A stretch of DNA of 64,000 nucleotides, from contig OZ244590.1 in NCBI GenBank assembly GCA_965218205.1, positions 1,176,178-1,240,177 of the forward strand, written 5' to 3'. The first letter of the stretch is position 1; every line of letters begins with the position of its first letter. The DNA is from Spirochaetia bacterium (GTDB taxonomy: Bacteria > Spirochaetota > Spirochaetia > WTKD01 > G963693115). Shown here one piece after another: positions 61,301-64,000 of the stretch. A program made the translations under genes and the position numbers. Below the pieces are notes generated by a model. It saw only the letters and a program-made list of their open reading frames with translations. It did no database searches and was not told where the DNA came from.

Positions 61301-62873
61301 CTATTTTCTGCTCGTTCAGTACTGCAGTACTTGTGCCTTGCTCTTGTATGCTTATGCTGTATTCTTTTATGTCTTTGTTCTTGGCTTTTGTTGCATCGGG
61401 GGCTGTCCATGTTATCTGTGTTGCTACTTTTGTTGCTGATACAAAGGGATAGCTTGCTTGTATGTTTGTTACTGGATCGGGTGCTGTGCTATCTGCTCCT
61501 GTATCTACTGTGGTTGTTGCTTCTGTTCCTTTGTTGCCTGCATAGTCCATTGATACGACTGCCACTGTGTACTCGGTGGTGGCTTTGAGGCCTGGTATCT
61601 GCGTGTTGCGTACTGTTCTGTCTGTTATTGTTACTGTCTTTGCTGCTGTTGGGCTATCTTTTTCTGTTGCTGTTATGGTCACTCCTGCGTAGTCTCGTAC
61701 ATTGGGCTCTTGCCAGCTTACTACTATGCTTGTTGCTCCTCCTACGGCACTTACATTGCTTACGGGCTTTGTTGTTTTGTCGGTTGTTGCTAATTCTTTT
61801 GACACTGCAGTGGAGTACTTTCCGTTTTGAGAGACATACACTTCTACTTTGTAGCTAAGTGTACCGTAGAGTTTTGTGAGTGCTATGCCATCTTTTGCGA
61901 CATACACAGTGGCGTATTCTTTGTTTTGTGCGGTTGCTCCGCTGACATTGGTTGCACTTGTATCTTTGCTTATTGTCTCCTCTGCTACTACTGTGTTTGT
62001 TGCGGTTGCTGTTACTCGTACTAAGAGGCTTTTTGCTGTACTGCCTGTTCCAAAGGTAAAGTTTCCCCACTTGATAAGCAGGCTTTCATCGGCAGGGCTA
62101 TTGTCTTTATCGTTTGCTGTTACTGTAAGTTCTGCCTCTGGTAGTGGCGTTACTGTTTGTGAGAGTGCTGATGCTTGCACACCAGTCAGTACTGTTGTAG
62201 GACTGCTTGTGTTGTCATTTCTGTCTTTGTAGCGTATTTCTACATCATAGGATATGCCTGCAAGCGTGGAGATGTTTGGAAGCGTAACTTCCCCTTGTTG
62301 TAGGTTCTGTACGGTAGCTTGTGCAAGCACTGTGCCACCAGTTGTGCTTTTTACCACTATCGTTGCTTCTGCTATGTCTGTCTTGCCTACTGCAAGTCGT
62401 TCTTTGTCCCATGTTATCTTTATGCCATCACCTGATTTTTCTACGCCTACTTGTGTCAATGTGTCTTGTGGGGTAGTAGTATCTATCAGTGTTGTCACAG
62501 TGCGGGTTGTTTTTGGTGATACTTCCGTGTTTTTCTGGGCTTCTATCTCTACAGTGTAGTTAGTAAGTGCTTGTAAGCCTTTGAGTTTATACGATTGTCC
62601 TTGTTGAAACAATGCACGATATTCTATGGCAGGAACACGCACTTGTATTGATTGGGCTGGCGTTGTAGATGTAGCTTTTACTACTACATGTGTGGCATCA
62701 CTGGGAGCTTGCCAGCGTAATGAGAGTGTCCCATCATTGCCTGCTGGTTGTATCTGCACATTGGACAGTGATGCAAGTGTCGGGGTTACTGGTGAAGTTC
62801 CTCCTCCGCCTGATGAGGAACTGCTACTGCCCTCCGAACATCCTACGAGTACGAGGGTAACTATTGCTAGCAC
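58314..62873 (-). CDS. Giant surface lipoprotein, paralog 3 (near-identical to paralog 1 over ~4.2 kb, with a different C-terminal DUF285 cassette). Body as called from GTG 62873. The probable true start ATG 62967 is out of frame across a G14 tract
   Basis: 1519 aa. Lipobox LVGC. FN3-like repeats identical in order to paralog 1. The C-terminus carries one more DUF285 unit and a distinct tail (...KDSTDKTACPSS). Confidence 0.85.
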   Translation of the reverse strand: MLAIVTLVLVGCSEGSSSSSSGGGGTSPVTPTLASLSNVQIQPAGNDGTLSLRWQAPSDATHVVVKATSTTPAQSIQVRVPAIEYRALFQQGQSYKLKGLQALTNYTVEIEAQKNTEVSPKTTRTVTTLIDTTTPQDTLTQVGVEKSGDGIKITWDKERLAVGKTDIAEATIVVKSTTGGTVLAQATVQNLQQGEVTLPNISTLAGISYDVEIRYKDRNDNTSSPTTVLTGVQASALSQTVTPLPEAELTVTANDKDNSPADESLLIKWGNFTFGTGSTAKSLLVRVTATATNTVVAEETISKDTSATNVSGATAQNKEYATVYVAKDGIALTKLYGTLSYKVEVYVSQNGKYSTAVSKELATTDKTTKPVSNVSAVGGATSIVVSWQEPNVRDYAGVTITATEKDSPTAAKTVTITDRTVRNTQIPGLKATTEYTVAVVSMDYAGNKGTEATTTVDTGADSTAPDPVTNIQASYPFVSATKVATQITWTAPDATKAKNKDIKEYSISIQEQGTSTAVLNEQKIAYPTTSLSVEELSQGKTYTVTIQAIDYAGNKSTSTPKDITTPSQLTAPSAELFQSKPALVTTGAIQIKATFTQAPGSNKYYTLRMYDSTTLVAEKSITSTATTISFGIADGIEVSATQANAKQYSFRFLTVENNRVSPPTTLTDKVAVYDAISTVPPAPESLTLLIAESTATSDTVQYEFQAGTITDNHKAPNDSKLTQANIQYKVYIVAGDQSTKTIAEIKAMTGVQIQDIAGNSTLRGTFIGTKGAEYTIGIEAINNLNPFTTKKAQSKDPALIQTLALSTIPRSKATAPNSSLTGKLVVSQSTNTTGTIKLVLTQLSTITGAKNKDGTTVTSNDELVYTVYGLQKDTTPTVAEVQRGRRVSIGTARNGVYTVPALSSIGVTSSAVAIKGATKYHFVVEVAIKTDPSKKAVSTVATVTTASLATDPAEVSNIQVKGVEGRNAKLSWTAPSLTASHTTDTGDTLAVAQVSYKVYKVAKSGSTQRTIAEIIIASGGSPTTTAAGTTNSTLTSVTVGTSYEIVVQAVNSTDPNKESTGIRKEFVAKEAYAAPGKPTIQANAQGATIVLTITAPTVKGTAEDGTTHLRDNQIDYKVYYIASNTNINGATIKTRAQAASDAQVGAEKDDVPTGATSYTIRNLRLNTKYYITAVAVNSLKKTKISAEATAVSASTPTVVIGNATKVSATVGSTPTSAHTTRVLTSISPSGLTFTCDESTIDNDNSTLKQETGLTVTFAKNTNTVTITGTANKSNIHDTAITEYSYGVVECTITAGANSGQKVLATINVETGLVKLAGQSASYYRPTTKSALQAIITAEKTRQGSGGNNNPSPNLNMIDTSAITDMSDLFFNDSTFNGDITKWNTSNVTDMGAMFDSATVFNQDIGNWDVGKVTNVVNMFTLASAFNQDIGDWDMSKVIGMNSMFNRASAFNQDIGDWDVQSVTNVYHTFKNARKFDQDLSSWRLCKATIILSTFSGSAMYGKTSQYPKDSTDKTACPSS

Positions 62874-62940
62874 TAAAAACAGTGCAACGAGAGTTATGCT
62901 TTGCTTATATCGAGAGTGTACCCCCCCCCCCCCCGATTTT
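58760..62940. repeat. Large direct repeat copy 2 (~4.2 kb)
   Basis: See copy 1. Confidence 0.85.
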
Positions 62941-62967
62941 TTTGATGCTACTTATTCTTTCGTCCAT
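62905..62967 (-). other. Signal-peptide leader ORF of paralog 3 (SD aaaggaga, ATG 62967). Out of frame after a G14 tract
   Basis: MDERISSIKKIGGGG then out of frame. With 13 or 16 G it reads on as ...VHSRYKQSITLVALFLVLAIVTLVLVGC|SEG. Confidence 0.7.
62921..62934. repeat. Homopolymeric tract C14 (+ strand), G14 on the coding strand, inside the paralog 3 signal-peptide region
   Basis: Counted directly: gagtgta + 14 c + gattttttt. Confidence 0.9.
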
Positions 62968-63061
62968 ATACATCTCCTTTTATTATTATGTATTATATCA
63001 TGTTTATTATAACACAACATACTATTATTGTGTTACTCTATTATAGCAAAAAATATATAGC

Positions 63062-63760
63062 TTATTTTAATTCTAAGTAGCGATAAATATCTTTTACTGA
63101 TTGAATAAAATGAATACTTTTATACTTCTTGTGTTGTTGAATACTAAAAGGTGAAGAAAATATCAAACACTTCATATTTGCCTGCAAAGCACCATACCCA
63201 TCATAAAATATATGATTCCCGATATATAAGCATTCATCATTTGCAACTCCTAATTGTGTAGCTGCTGTATCAAATAAAAAACGATGAGGCTTAAAATACC
63301 CATATTGCTCAGAAGAAATAACGCTTTGAAAATAAGGAAGCAGCTGCCAGTTTTGTAGCTTATCATATGCCATAAAATCAGAGATAATACCGAGTTTATA
63401 ATTATGGTGATAGAGATCACCTATGAGTGTACGCATTCCCATGCGAAGCGGTGTTCTTTTTAAGCCATTTATCCACATATGTTTTATTCTGTGTTCTAAT
63501 ATATACTCCGATAAACATTTTGATGCACCAGTCTGCTCAATAAATAATTCAAGAGAGAGTTTTTCAAAAAACTCTTGATTTGTTTCATTATTATTTTCTA
63601 GTGTTTTACGTAATTTTCTTCGCATACAATAATAATGGTATATCCATTTAGAAGAGAACATATAACGAAACGGAGCACACAATAACATTACTGTATTGGA
63701 ATAGAGAGTATTGTCAATATCAAATATAATTGCCTTAAAGCGACTAGAATTTTTTATCAT
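63062..63760 (-). CDS. HAD-superfamily hydrolase
   Basis: N-terminal motif I FDIDNTLY (DxDxT). 232 aa. Confidence 0.7.
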   Translation of the reverse strand: MIKNSSRFKAIIFDIDNTLYSNTVMLLCAPFRYMFSSKWIYHYYCMRRKLRKTLENNNETNQEFFEKLSLELFIEQTGASKCLSEYILEHRIKHMWINGLKRTPLRMGMRTLIGDLYHHNYKLGIISDFMAYDKLQNWQLLPYFQSVISSEQYGYFKPHRFLFDTAATQLGVANDECLYIGNHIFYDGYGALQANMKCLIFSSPFSIQQHKKYKSIHFIQSVKDIYRYLELK

Positions 63761-64000
63761 AAGAAAACGGAACTTTTAGTGGTAACACTCTATAGCTATA
63801 TTGACGATTAGACAACTGTTCATCTATTACCATAGATTCAATATCATCAAAACGAGTATTATAAAAATCAAACTCTCCTGCAGGAGTAATGTATGGTATA
63901 TATATTCTCCATGCAACTGTCTTTTTTATTGTATCACCTTCAATACTTTGCAGTTCATCAATGAGGACAAGATAAAAAAATTGAGGATAACGAATTGTCC
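63744..64000 (-). CDS. Hypothetical protein, C-terminal fragment (gene continues beyond the window end)
   Basis: Open minus-strand frame from 64000 ending in ...VLPLKVPFSYDKKF* at 63744. Overlaps the HAD start by 17 nt. Not in the ORF track because it is edge-truncated. Confidence 0.4.
   Translation of the reverse strand, partial: TIRYPQFFYLVLIDELQSIEGDTIKKTVAWRIYIPYITPAGEFDFYNTRFDDIESMVIDEQLSNRQYSYRVLPLKVPFSYDKKF

Noticed and set aside
1-64000. Apparent avoidance of the HindIII site AAGCTT as evidence for R-M activity
   Set aside because: At least two AAGCTT sites are visible by eye (47601-47606, 58287-58292). One 64-kb window gives no statistical power and avoidance cannot be claimed.

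Overview
This is a low-GC (~35%) chromosomal segment. Gene content and order suggest a spirochete (Treponema-like). Supporting signs are a V-type ATPase operon in E-hyp-A-B-D-I-K order, a dimeric-type glyQS, an exbB-exbD-exbD-tonB cluster, and giant lipoproteins with FN3-like repeats and C-terminal DUF285/BspA-type repeats. About 80% of genes are on the minus strand.

Core genes, in order:
- an aminoacyl-tRNA synthetase operon (gltX-glyQS-tyrS, tyrS truncated by the window edge)
- an alaA-type aminotransferase, clpA, a peptide/nickel-type ABC importer (one permease, two ATPases), and trpBA
- the V-ATPase operon, mutS2, rsgA, murI, an RluA-family pseudouridine synthase, and yggS
- pdxST, a polyprenyl synthetase plus squalene/phytoene-synthase-like pair, and ilvBH
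- a TonB-dependent receptor divergent from exbB-exbD-exbD-tonB, then yjbQ, mscS, sufE, cysS, a ClpP-like protease, and a HAD hydrolase.

Three accessory features stand out:
1. A HindIII-like restriction-modification cassette (lower GC) inserted between clpA and the ABC ATPase gene, bounded by ~90-bp direct repeats that duplicate the 3' end of the ATPase gene.
2. An N-truncated, frameshifted IS481-family transposase remnant bounded by ~85-95-bp direct repeats that duplicate the exbB promoter region.
3. A family of three giant surface lipoproteins (1517, 1033 and 1519 aa). Two are near-identical ~4.2-kb direct repeats 42.6 kb apart with divergent C-terminal DUF285 cassettes. Each of those two carries a homopolymeric G tract (15 and 14 nt on the coding strand) inside the signal-peptide coding region. 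As assembled, both tracts put the ATG/SD-initiated leader out of frame with the lipoprotein body. I infer a slipped-strand phase-variation (contingency) switch.

No rRNA, tRNA or CRISPR array was recognised.
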